Source of the DNA: a virus
Lineage: Duplodnaviria > Caudoviricetes
Length of the DNA: 64,000 nt
IMG/VR virus record: IMGVR_UViG_3300006133_000004
Span: 1-64,000 of that record
Strand: one strand, 5' to 3'
Part shown: in pieces, positions 18,955-26,927 of the stretch
Layout of the letters: every line of letters starts with the position of its first letter
How positions within the stretch are numbered: the stretch's first letter is position 1
Made by a program: the position numbers and the translations under genes
The notes under the pieces: model-generated
Database searches by the model: none
Seen by the model: the letters and a program-made list of their open reading frames with translations, nothing else
Told to the model about the DNA's origin: nothing

Positions 18955-20130
18955 ATGAAACGAGTTCGAGTTTACCAACAAATCCTCTCTGAGGAAAATC
19001 TGCGTCTTGCCATCCAGGAGGTCTGCCGCAGTCACCGGCGCAATGGCGACCACAGCCTGAACAAGAAGGTGCTGGAGATCGAGGCAAACCTGGACGACTA
19101 TGTGAAGGAGCTTCACAAGTTCATCGAGGACCTGGTGAGCGGAGACGCCCATATGAACAAACCTATCAAGCGACGGCGCTGGGACCGGAACGGAGACAAC
19201 GGGCGAGGGAAATGGCGAGACATCAACGAGCCCTTGTTATGGCCGGACCAGTGCGTCCATCACGCGGCCTTACAGGTCATGATTCCGCACATCATGCGGG
19301 GTATGGACCGCTACTGTATTGCAAGCGTTCAAGGCCGGGGCAACTCCTACGGCGTGAAGGCGCTGAAGAAGTGGATGGATGACGACCCCGTTGGTACCAA
19401 ATATGCCTTGGAGTGCGACATTTACCACTGCTTCGAGGAACTGGACCCGGCGTATGTCATCAATGCACTGAAGCGGCTGTTCAAGGACCGGGAAACCCTT
19501 TGGCTGTGCGACGCCATGATGGAGTACGGTGTGCTGATCGGCGCATTCTTCTCCGCATGGTTCCTGCACCTTACAATCCAGCCGTTAGACCTGATGATTC
19601 ACGACAAGAAGTATGGCGTGAGTCACTATTTGCGGCAGATGGACAACTTTACCATCTTCGGTTCCAACAAGCGAAAGCTGAGGAAGCTGTTGGAGGACAT
19701 GAAGGTCTGGCTGGCCGCAGTCGGATTGAAGCTGAAGGGAAACTGGCAGATCTTCCGGGTGGGCTTCACACCTCTGGTTGCTAAAGCCCATGAGATGCTG
19801 CCCGAGAAAAAGCAGCGGCATCGCCGGCCAAGAATGCCATCCGCTCTTGGTTATCGGTTTGGTCGCGGGTACACGATTCTTCGGAAACATAATCTGTTCC
19901 GGCTGAAACAATCGCTGCATCTGTACTACTATCGACGAGATCGGAACCGGGTCATCTCATTCAAGAGAGCATCCGGCTTGATTTCGCGGCTTGGGCAGCT
20001 TCGCAAATGCAACAGCCAACAGATACTGGAGCGGTACTACCAACCGAAGACGATGTTCGATTTGAAGAAGGTCGTCCGAAAGGAATGCAGGCGGCTTCAA
20101 GCATTATATCCGCCTTATGTGGCGGCATAA
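18955..20130 (+). CDS. DGR reverse transcriptase (divergent; QMDN at the YxDD position)
   Basis: RT motifs PDQCVHHA, ASVQGRG, ECDIYHCF, LIGAFFSAW, LRQMDNF, LGYRF; AAGGAGG RBS; adjacent to TR. Confidence 0.9.
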   Translation: MKRVRVYQQILSEENLRLAIQEVCRSHRRNGDHSLNKKVLEIEANLDDYVKELHKFIEDLVSGDAHMNKPIKRRRWDRNGDNGRGKWRDINEPLLWPDQCVHHAALQVMIPHIMRGMDRYCIASVQGRGNSYGVKALKKWMDDDPVGTKYALECDIYHCFEELDPAYVINALKRLFKDRETLWLCDAMMEYGVLIGAFFSAWFLHLTIQPLDLMIHDKKYGVSHYLRQMDNFTIFGSNKRKLRKLLEDMKVWLAAVGLKLKGNWQIFRVGFTPLVAKAHEMLPEKKQRHRRPRMPSALGYRFGRGYTILRKHNLFRLKQSLHLYYYRRDRNRVISFKRASGLISRLGQLRKCNSQQILERYYQPKTMFDLKKVVRKECRRLQALYPPYVAA

Positions 20131-20142
20131 AGGAGTGATACC

Positions 20143-20508
20143 ATGAAAGTACATGGGATGGTAGATCCCGGCAGTTTTACCGTGGAACAGATCCCCGGGA
20201 CAAACAGGAGTCTCGTGCGGCTTTTCCAGAACGTCGAGCCTTATGAAAAGGACGACTTTCAGGGGTTCCAGTACGATGAGTACCACGTTGAGGTGGAAAC
20301 CTGGGACGGCGTTGCCCAGAACGTGCTGGACAACTACGACGAGTTCCTGAAGAAGGGCATGGACAACGAGATCGACCGGAGCAACGACGCCCTGTTCCGG
20401 GCCCAGGCGGAGACAGATGTCGCCGTCCAGGACATGGACGCCATGAACGTAGACCACGAGTACCGGCTGACCCTGCTGGAGCTGGGCCTGTCCGAGACTG
20501 ATATTTGA
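20143..20508 (+). CDS. XkdW-like tail-fibre-associated protein
   Basis: AAGGAG RBS; acidic 121 aa with C-terminal coiled segment; precedes an XkdX-like ORF. Confidence 0.55.
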   Translation: MKVHGMVDPGSFTVEQIPGTNRSLVRLFQNVEPYEKDDFQGFQYDEYHVEVETWDGVAQNVLDNYDEFLKKGMDNEIDRSNDALFRAQAETDVAVQDMDAMNVDHEYRLTLLELGLSETDI

Positions 20509-20526
20509 GGAAAGGAGGAATAAATC

Positions 20527-20664
20527 ATGTTGTATCGTACTCTGAAGCGCATGATCGAGCGCGGCCAGACCGAGGGTATCGAGACCAAGCTGGACATCTT
20601 CTACGCCGCCGGCAAGATCTCTGAGGCCGAGTATTCCGAGCTCATCGGGATGCTGAGCAAGTAA
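20527..20664 (+). CDS. XkdX-like small protein (45 aa)
   Basis: MLYRTLKRMIERGQTEGIETKLDIFYAAGKISEAEYSELIGMLSK; strong AGGAGG RBS; the G.I...EY.EL pattern. Confidence 0.7.
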   Translation: MLYRTLKRMIERGQTEGIETKLDIFYAAGKISEAEYSELIGMLSK

Positions 20665-20686
20665 AATTGATCGGAGGAATTGAACT

Positions 20687-21154
20687 ATGACAATCCAAGA
20701 GCTTTTAGCTGGCGGGGGCAGTCTGCTTCTTCTCCTCATGACGCTGGTGCAACTTGCCCCCGTCAAGATCAACCCTTGGTCAGCTCTGGCAAAACTCATT
20801 GGAAGTGCTATCAATGCCGATGTGTCCAAACGGCTGCACGATATTGAGCAGAAATTGGATGCTCACGTTGATATGGATGACAGGCGTACCGCAGATGGAC
20901 ATCGAGCCCGCATTCTACATTTTAACAATGAATTGCTACGGGATATCGACCATACGAGAGAGGAATTCTTCGAGGTGTTGGCAGAAATTGACGCATATGA
21001 GCGCTACTGCGATGCCCACCCCGAATATCCGAACAATCGAGCAGTTCTCGCAATCGAAAACATTCAGGAAGTCTACAAAGACCGGCTTAAAAAGCATGAC
21101 TTCCTTCAGGAGAGTCATGTCAAAGATGGTGCTGAGGAGGGTGAGGTATGCTGA
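20687..21154 (+). CDS. Membrane-anchored lysis-module protein
   Basis: N-terminal hydrophobic helix, GGAGG RBS, position beside holin-like genes. Confidence 0.65.
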   Translation: MTIQELLAGGGSLLLLLMTLVQLAPVKINPWSALAKLIGSAINADVSKRLHDIEQKLDAHVDMDDRRTADGHRARILHFNNELLRDIDHTREEFFEVLAEIDAYERYCDAHPEYPNNRAVLAIENIQEVYKDRLKKHDFLQESHVKDGAEEGEVC

Positions 21155-21498
21155 ATATCAAAGCGAAAGAAGCCCCCATCCAAATCGACGAGCCCGATCC
21201 TGAAATGGAAAATGTTTACCAAGAGGAATCAACTGGGGGTATGGTTGAGGAACCTGCCCCCATTCAAAAGGAACGCAAGACTTCCAACGTCGTGTTGACC
21301 ATTTTGGCGGTGTTCCTTCTGGCGTTTATCGTGGTCATGATTGTGACTTTCTGGGTTAAAGGCTCTGTGCCGGACACGCTGATCCAGTACACCATGGGGG
21401 CAGGAGGCATTGAGGCCCTGCTTCTGGCCGGAATCAAGATCAGCAAGGTTGTGACAGGAAATAAATCCGAATCAGACCCGTCCGATGGGATGGGGTAA
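21148..21498 (+). CDS. Two-TM membrane protein (holin-like)
   Basis: Acidic N-terminus followed by two hydrophobic segments. Confidence 0.6.
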   Translation: MLNIKAKEAPIQIDEPDPEMENVYQEESTGGMVEEPAPIQKERKTSNVVLTILAVFLLAFIVVMIVTFWVKGSVPDTLIQYTMGAGGIEALLLAGIKISKVVTGNKSESDPSDGMG

Positions 21499-21516
21499 CA
21501 CAAGGAGGAATCGCAT

Positions 21517-21822
21517 TTGGAAAGTGTTCTGAACTGGTCTGTGGTCATTAGCATCATCGGCGTGCTGGTGGCACTGACTAACATCATTGTCCAGGTTGTC
21601 AAGAAGGCCGTCTGGGACAAGCTGCCGACGAATATTCTGGCCGTTATCGTCTCGATGGCGCTGACCCTGGTGACGTTCTTCGCCTACTGCCAGATCAAGG
21701 CCATCGCGGTGGTGTGGTATATGGTTGCCGCTGCGGTCGTGCTGGGGTTCATGGTGGCGTATGCAGCCATGTTCGGGTATGACAAGCTCATGGAGGCCAT
21801 CGGCAAGGCTGGCAAACAGTAA
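21517..21822 (+). CDS. Holin-like protein
   Basis: TTG start, AGGAGG RBS, three hydrophobic segments in 101 aa. Confidence 0.7.
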   Translation: MESVLNWSVVISIIGVLVALTNIIVQVVKKAVWDKLPTNILAVIVSMALTLVTFFAYCQIKAIAVVWYMVAAAVVLGFMVAYAAMFGYDKLMEAIGKAGKQ

Positions 21823-21835
21823 TTGAGAGCGGAAA

Positions 21836-22074
21836 AAGGTGTAGGAGAGCCGTTTACTTCTTGTCTACTCCTACACCTTGACCGTTTTACCCCTGAAATT
21901 CCGGGATTTAGTGCTTCTTTAATAGAAACACCCTTTTGCATTTACTGCTCTTAACTACCTCTAATCACTGTTATTCCAATAGTTTTAACAGCCGTTAGAA
22001 GTGGAAAACTTTGTGGAAATGTAGATAACTCCTGTTTTATTCCTATACTAATCCTATACCGATATTCCTATACT
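21836..22074. other. Candidate attP region
   Basis: Non-coding, AT-rich, near the integrase. TCCTAYAC copies occur as an inverted pair (21836-21879) and three direct copies (22041, 22052, 22066), flanking an imperfect dyad at 21911-21931. Confidence 0.45.
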
Positions 22075-22093
22075 TTCAGAAGGGAGGACAGGT

Positions 22094-22279
22094 ATGAATA
22101 AAAATACAGTTCTCTATCTCTGCGACGGTGCTGTAGAGGCCTGCCCGAAGACAAGTTGCTACAAAAGAGGCCATGAGTGTCGCCATACAACAGACGCCAC
22201 CCACGCTCTAAATCCAGAGCCTCGTAACCTTATTCCCGATGAGCAAGGTAATCTGTGGGAGACTTCTCCCGAAAGTTGA
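22094..22279 (+). CDS. Small Cys-containing hypothetical protein
   Basis: GGGAGG RBS, 61 aa. Confidence 0.55.
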   Translation: MNKNTVLYLCDGAVEACPKTSCYKRGHECRHTTDATHALNPEPRNLIPDEQGNLWETSPES

Positions 22280-22460
22280 AAACGCCATTTCTAAAAGAGA
22301 GGAAAAGGAGGAGGCTGCCGTCAACAGTCCCCTCCTTTTGTGTGTTTGGGTGATGTGAGTTTTACCCTCCTTTTGTGTGTTTAAGCGTATCTCGCTATCA
22401 GATCTACGACCCGGACATCGTTTGCCTGAGCACTCCCTCTCTTTTAGAAATGGCGTTTTC
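22278..22460. repeat. 183-bp element bounded by 25-bp perfect inverted repeats
   Basis: GAAAACGCCATTTCTAAAAGAGAGG at 22278-22302 and its exact reverse complement at 22436-22460; internal 18-bp direct repeat at 22330 and 22365. Confidence 0.9.
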
Positions 22461-22488
22461 TCATTTTCATCGAAAAGAGGTGTAAATT

Positions 22489-22836
22489 ATGTTACCAGTT
22501 AAAGCCCCAAAGCCTAAAGATTGGACTGATAAAGATCGCTGGATTTGTACGTTAAGATGGCTTGAAGCAACCGCTCACTCTGTCTACAATGGCTGTGATC
22601 CTGACTATAAAGGGATCGACTTAGGAGAAAAAGGCGACCCTTGTTTTGGATGTCCTGCTGGCGAACGCTGTCCGGCCTTCTGCGACGAAACTCACTGGAA
22701 ACGCTACACTGAGTTTTATGCCTTTGAGAACTTCAAAGTCGTCGAACAATTTGCTGGCATTCAGATGGCCGGCATTGATGCTATTCTCAAAGAAATCTGC
22801 GATGCAAATTCGGTTAAAGATACTTCTCCGGCATAA
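22489..22836 (+). CDS. Cys-rich hypothetical protein
   Basis: GAGGTG RBS; C..CP....CP pattern. Confidence 0.6.
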   Translation: MLPVKAPKPKDWTDKDRWICTLRWLEATAHSVYNGCDPDYKGIDLGEKGDPCFGCPAGERCPAFCDETHWKRYTEFYAFENFKVVEQFAGIQMAGIDAILKEICDANSVKDTSPA

Positions 22837-23047
22837 GAGGACATTGGCTTGCCATGGGGCAAAGGCTTCTTTCAAGAGTACAGCTATAACCACTTAAAGT
22901 GTACGTCAGTTGAAGGTCGGTCTTTGCCCCTAATCTTCCGTAATAGCCACCTGTCACAGTGGCCTGCTTATGGAATCTTGGGCATTCCCCTGAATACGAG
23001 ACCTCTTTATATTGCGATTGATCGTTGCGAACAATTTTCCATCCCAT
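22814..23047 (-). CDS. Small Cys-rich protein with its own promoter (moron-like)
   Basis: AGGAGG upstream and a consensus sigma-A promoter; downstream of the integrase. Confidence 0.55.
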   Translation of the reverse strand: MGWKIVRNDQSQYKEVSYSGECPRFHKQATVTGGYYGRLGAKTDLQLTYTLSGYSCTLERSLCPMASQCPLMPEKYL

Positions 23048-23083
23048 TGGACATATGCCTCCTGCTGCTCATGTGTGAAGTCC

Positions 23084-23112
23084 ATTATACCATTCCGAGC
23101 GTCTGGATTCAA
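23084..23112 (-). promoter_or_regulatory. Sigma-A/70-type promoter
   Basis: Minus strand TTGAAT-N17-TATAAT with TG extension. Confidence 0.7.
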
Positions 23113-23139
23113 GATATGGGCATACGCCCTCCAGACACC

Positions 23140-24375
23140 CTATCTTATTTTTTCGATTTCGGTCTTTAGCCACTCGAACTCACGCTGAGTGTAGACTTTC
23201 TCGGTAATGTCCGAAATCTTGTGACCGACCATGTACTTGATGGCATATTCGTCTACCCCGGCTTTCTTGGCAGCAGTTACAAAGTGTTTCCGGCCATCGT
23301 GCGGACGATGCTCCGGTTTCAACTTCAGCTCATCCCGAACCATGGCGAACCCCTTTTGGTATCGCTGATAGGTCAGCATCGTTGGCTTGCCGCTGCGGCC
23401 ATCCGTACAAGTGAAAAGGCACTTGCTTCCAGCCTGCTGAGACTCTTTATATTTGCGTTCGACCAAGTGACGTATCTTCGAGTGGATCGGCACGACACGG
23501 TTCTCTCCGGCATCCGTCTTCATGCCGCCTTTGAATGTCCACCCCTCCAGGTCAACATTCTCAAGTTCCAGTAATCCGAGCTCCTGCGGTCTCCATCCGG
23601 AGTAACACTGAATGAGCATAATATCGACATATCGTTTATCGTCTACATGACTCCAGAGAAGTTCCATCTCTTCATCCGTAAATGACATGTGTTCCTTCTT
23701 TACTGTCTGTATCTCTTTGATTGTCTCTTCAGTCAGGTTGAAGGTGCGGGAGTAGTTTCGGTCGACCAGTTCATACTCCAAAGCATAGTCGAGCATTAGG
23801 TTGAACAGAGACTTGATCTTGTTTTTCATGCTCGCCGAGGGATGCTGCTCTTTCCCTCGAACCTTGGCCGTTCCCTCCTCCATACAGCCTTTCACATGAC
23901 GGGCTCGAACATCCATCACCCTCATATCATAGACAGCCGAACAATAGGCCCAAGCCGATGTAACAGCTCGGATGCTACCATCCGCTTTAAGGGTCTTAAA
24001 ATACTCTTCTGACCATTTGTCGTAAAGCTCCCTAACTGTAATGGACGGCTCCAAATCATACGGATTTTTGTTATACTCTACGAGAGCGGCGTAAGCGTCA
24101 TTGTAAGTAGGGAAATACGATTCCGGTTTCAGAGGTTTACAAATAGGCCGCCCTTCTGGGGTCTTTCCAACCGTAACCATCGCCCGAAAAGGGTTTCGGA
24201 GGTTACGGTTCTTTATTTCACTGATTTGACCAAAGCCATTGGGGAGGCGCCTTCGTTTGTTGCTCTTAACACGGGGTTTTCGTTTTACAGTGGGCTGCAT
24301 CGGGTAGCCACAATGAGGGCAGGCCGTAGCCTTATCGCTAACTTGGAGTTCGCATTCAGGGCATTTTATTAACAT
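23140..24375 (-). CDS. int: Tyrosine recombinase / phage integrase with N-terminal zinc ribbon
   Basis: Catalytic residues R (SGWRPQE), K (KTDAG), HxxR (HDGRKH), H (VGHK) and Y (EKVYT); CPEC...CPHC N-terminus. Confidence 0.93.
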   Translation of the reverse strand: MLIKCPECELQVSDKATACPHCGYPMQPTVKRKPRVKSNKRRRLPNGFGQISEIKNRNLRNPFRAMVTVGKTPEGRPICKPLKPESYFPTYNDAYAALVEYNKNPYDLEPSITVRELYDKWSEEYFKTLKADGSIRAVTSAWAYCSAVYDMRVMDVRARHVKGCMEEGTAKVRGKEQHPSASMKNKIKSLFNLMLDYALEYELVDRNYSRTFNLTEETIKEIQTVKKEHMSFTDEEMELLWSHVDDKRYVDIMLIQCYSGWRPQELGLLELENVDLEGWTFKGGMKTDAGENRVVPIHSKIRHLVERKYKESQQAGSKCLFTCTDGRSGKPTMLTYQRYQKGFAMVRDELKLKPEHRPHDGRKHFVTAAKKAGVDEYAIKYMVGHKISDITEKVYTQREFEWLKTEIEKIR

Positions 24376-24636
24376 GGCGGTTCCTCGTCTTTCTTTTCAA
24401 GAGTCTTAATCGGAAGCCTTTCGATCTTATCCACTATGCGTCCAAGTTTTTGAATGCTCCAGACAATCCCGGCAAATTTCAAAATGCCTATGACCTGCTG
24501 GTTTTTGTTATGCTCTTTTACACCTCCTTCTTCGGTATAGACCTTATGCAGAAAGTCTTTTGGGTTCACATGTTTCTTCATCGAATAGCTCCTTTCGCAG
24601 GTTTGGCACCTCCTTTTATGAAGGAGGTTGACTACC

Positions 24637-24849
24637 ATGAAAATAGACAAAAAGTTAATGAACGAGGTTGAAGAGTTGTGGGTTGGCCACGAGGAGGCAT
24701 TAACTCACTTCGGACAAGTATGTGTCGCGGCAGCAAAAGCTGGGCACGATTGCAAAGTGCGAAGACATTTGCGTCTGGGTATGGTTGTAGCCACTGCGGC
24801 AACTATCATCATTACATGCTGTTTAGATTTGATGAGCGAAACTTACTAA
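24637..24849 (+). CDS. Small protein with C-terminal hydrophobic helix
   Basis: Motif and AGGAGG upstream, hairpin terminator downstream. Confidence 0.7.
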   Translation: MKIDKKLMNEVEELWVGHEEALTHFGQVCVAAAKAGHDCKVRRHLRLGMVVATAATIIITCCLDLMSETY

Positions 24850-24856
24850 AACGGGA

Positions 24857-24900
24857 GAGGCTCGCGGAAACGCGGGCTCTTTCTTTTATTTTTCCCGTTT
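24857..24900 (+). terminator. Intrinsic terminator
   Basis: GAGAGGCTCGCG-GAAA-CGCGGGCTCTTTC followed by a T-rich tract. Confidence 0.7.
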
Positions 24901-24941
24901 ATTTTGCTTTTCCCGCTATTTCCCTTTGTTTCGCCCTAATA

Positions 24942-24983
24942 ATCATATATGATAGTGTAGGAATTGTCAAGTAATTCCTATAT
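24942..24983 (-). promoter_or_regulatory. Sigma-A promoter facing the integrase, overlapped by dyads (operator-like)
   Basis: Minus strand TTGACA-N17-TATGAT; palindrome ATCATATATGAT at 24942-24953; inverted repeat TAGGAATT/AATTCCTA at 24958-24980 around the -35. Confidence 0.65.
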
Positions 24984-25037
24984 AACTTTTTAACTTAGAT
25001 TAGGAAGCTCGTACCTTAGAACAGAAAGGAGTCATGT

Positions 25038-25409
25038 ATGATTGCCAAGAACGCGTCAGTCTGCCCAAAATGCGGAGGACATCTCAGATTCTTCGACACT
25101 GTGAAACGCATTGTACGGACAAAAGCTCGGGTGGCAGAATGGATTGTAATACGCAGACTCCGGTGTACCATATGTGGTTCGTTACATAGGGAATTACCAG
25201 AGGAACTATTCCCTTACAAGCAGTACGAGGCCGAAGTCATTATCGGTGTATTGGAGGGCCTTATCACCTGCGAAACACTGGGGTTTGAGGACTATCCCTG
25301 TGAGATGACTATGTCCCGCTGGCTCGCTGAATTTACAGGTGCTGTTACGGAAAGGAGGTCGTACTATGAACGAGAAACGACTGATGGGCGAAATCGAGAA
25401 GCTGTGTAA
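25038..25409 (+). CDS. Zinc-ribbon protein, DUF6431-like
   Basis: CPKCG...RRLRCTICGSLHRELPEELFPYKQY pattern; AAAGGAG RBS. Confidence 0.65.
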   Translation: MIAKNASVCPKCGGHLRFFDTVKRIVRTKARVAEWIVIRRLRCTICGSLHRELPEELFPYKQYEAEVIIGVLEGLITCETLGFEDYPCEMTMSRWLAEFTGAVTERRSYYERETTDGRNREAV

Positions 25410-25590
25410 AGACGGTCATACGGATGCGCTACTCTACCTGTGCCGGAACTATGGAAACGCGGCAATCGAAGGGTACAGACGTGGATACCGGAAAGCATTC
25501 TGGACAGGATTGGGCGTTTCCAGTCTGATCATTACAGGTTGCATAGGAGCAATCTCGGTCATCATGAAACAGTACGGCAAGAAGAACTGA
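25366..25590 (+). CDS. Small membrane protein
   Basis: Motif at 25325, AGGAGG RBS, C-terminal TM helix. Confidence 0.7.
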   Translation: MNEKRLMGEIEKLCKDGHTDALLYLCRNYGNAAIEGYRRGYRKAFWTGLGVSSLIITGCIGAISVIMKQYGKKN

Positions 25591-25666
25591 TCCAAGGAGG
25601 GAGCGGCTAAACGGCGGCTCTCTTCTTTTCGCTTATTTCACAGGTCCTTTTACGGAGGTGACTGTT

Positions 25667-25948
25667 ATGGTAATCAGAAATAAAGAATACTACACTCAGT
25701 TTAACGAAGAGATGAGGCGAGACCGTAAAGCTTTGGACTACCACATCCGACAGGCAGAAAACTACAAGCGTATCTACCAGCTCACAAGAGGACGTTCGGG
25801 AGTATACGTCTTGTTGAACAAATGGGCCAAGAAGATGAATCAGATTCATTGCGATAAGGGATTCAAAATGGCAAAGTTGGACATGACATGGTGTCTTTAC
25901 GAAATGATGTACCTACAGAACTACATTCAGAAAGGTGAGGAGTCCTAA
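25667..25948 (+). CDS. Hypothetical protein
   Basis: Motif at 25630, GGAGGTG RBS, stop codon inside terminator loop. Confidence 0.7.
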   Translation: MVIRNKEYYTQFNEEMRRDRKALDYHIRQAENYKRIYQLTRGRSGVYVLLNKWAKKMNQIHCDKGFKMAKLDMTWCLYEMMYLQNYIQKGEES

Positions 25949-26006
25949 ACAGGGACTTTTCCCTTTTCGCTTATTTCACAGGTCCTTTTACGGAGGTGAT
26001 GTTTCA

Positions 26007-26336
26007 ATGAAACTGACGAAAGAGTATAGACGGATCTTTAATTCGGACAATGTCCACTGGTCAAAGAACACTACGTTGAATTTGTTCTTTCTTAAGACCA
26101 CACAATCACATCTTAACGATATGCTGAAGGCCAGAGGTCATCTTATGCTGAATGAAGCATATGACGCGCTCGGATTTCCGCGTACAGCGGCAGGAGCTGT
26201 GATTGGTTGGGTCTATGAAGAGGGAAACGACTTAGTTGACTTTGGTTTAGGTAAATGCGAAATTGTCGATCCCAACATTCCAATCGTCTTTAATGTCAAT
26301 GGAAACATCTTGGACAAACTGGGAGAAGAGCCCTAA
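26007..26336 (+). CDS. Stand-alone C-terminal domain of the DUF6353-like family
   Basis: [31 protein letters not shown] closely matches [31 protein letters not shown] in 38506-39468. Confidence 0.8.
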   Translation: [109 protein letters not shown]

Positions 26337-26378
26337 CAGGGGCTCTCCCTTTTCGCAGATTTTGCAGGATACATTATG

Positions 26379-26499
26379 GAAAGGAGAGAAAATCTGCTTA
26401 GGAAGAAATCCTGAATGGAACTGGTACAGGTAAAGTCTGGCTGAAATGCCGCGTGGCCATTCAGATGGGGTTCGAGTCCCCACAGCTCGCCCTTTCTCT
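26379..26499 (+). ncRNA. tRNA-like structured RNA with expanded central arm
   Basis: T-arm TGGGG-TTCGAGT-CCCCA at 26466-26482; 8-bp stem CTGAATGG/CCATTCAG; inner GGC-TGAAAT-GCC hairpin; closing AGAGAAA/TTTCTCT; directly after motif 26354; no ORF. Confidence 0.55.
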
Positions 26500-26531
26500 T
26501 TGTTTTCCGCAGATTTTACAAATTCCTTTAT

Positions 26532-26626
26532 GAAGAGGAATAAAAGGGAAACATTGAAAAGCCAAATTGTAAGACATGGTCGGCAATTACATTCGTAAGG
26601 ATGTAATCCCAAATCATGCCCTCTTC
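26532..26626 (+). ncRNA. Candidate small RNA (ORF-less motif unit)
   Basis: Begins GAAGAGG right after motif 26508 and ends CCTCTTC plus a T-run; internal ATTACAT/ATGTAAT stem. Confidence 0.45.
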
Positions 26627-26668
26627 TTTTTCGCCAAATCGGCAGTGGCCTTTATGGAGGTGATACTT

Positions 26669-26863
26669 GTGGAGACCAAGAAAATTCTTAGTACGATTGG
26701 AACGTTCGTTATTGTAGGGGCAGTATCAACAGCAGGAGCCGCATTATGGACGAACGTTTTAGATGACAAACTTAAATTGGTTAAAGCGAAGAAAACACAT
26801 TCCAAATCAGACAAAGTAATTGTTGTTGATTTCAAGAAAGTAAGGAGGGACATGAGCCGCTAA
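26669..26863 (+). CDS. Small membrane protein
   Basis: GTG start, GGAGGTG RBS, motif 26632, N-terminal TM helix. Confidence 0.7.
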   Translation: METKKILSTIGTFVIVGAVSTAGAALWTNVLDDKLKLVKAKKTHSKSDKVIVVDFKKVRRDMSR

Positions 26864-26927
26864 CACAGCGGCTCTCTCTCTTTTATTTTCCGCATAAAAC
26901 TCCACGTCCTTTATGGAGGTGAAAGTA

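Noticed and set aside
18955-20130. RT as group II intron, retron or Abi RT
   Set aside because: No intron domain V/VI or maturase-endonuclease extension, and no msr/msd seen; the adjacent TR/VR pair explains it.
21836-21879. 12-bp inverted repeat after the holin as an intrinsic terminator
   Set aside because: 20-nt loop and no immediate T-run; better treated as a protein-binding dyad.
22005-22030. DnaA-box-like words (TGTAGATAA, TGTGGAAAT)
   Set aside because: One to two mismatches each in AT-rich DNA; not distinguishable from chance.
24369-24974. ORFs 24369-24650 (-), 24450-24671 (+) and 24678-24974 (+) as a repressor gene
   Set aside because: No HTH/XRE pattern or RBS; they overlap a better-supported gene and regulatory DNA. 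No CI-like gene was identified in the window.
25038-25409. DUF6431-like ORF as an IS transposase
   Set aside because: Only the zinc-ribbon part is present; no DDE domain, terminal repeats or target duplication.
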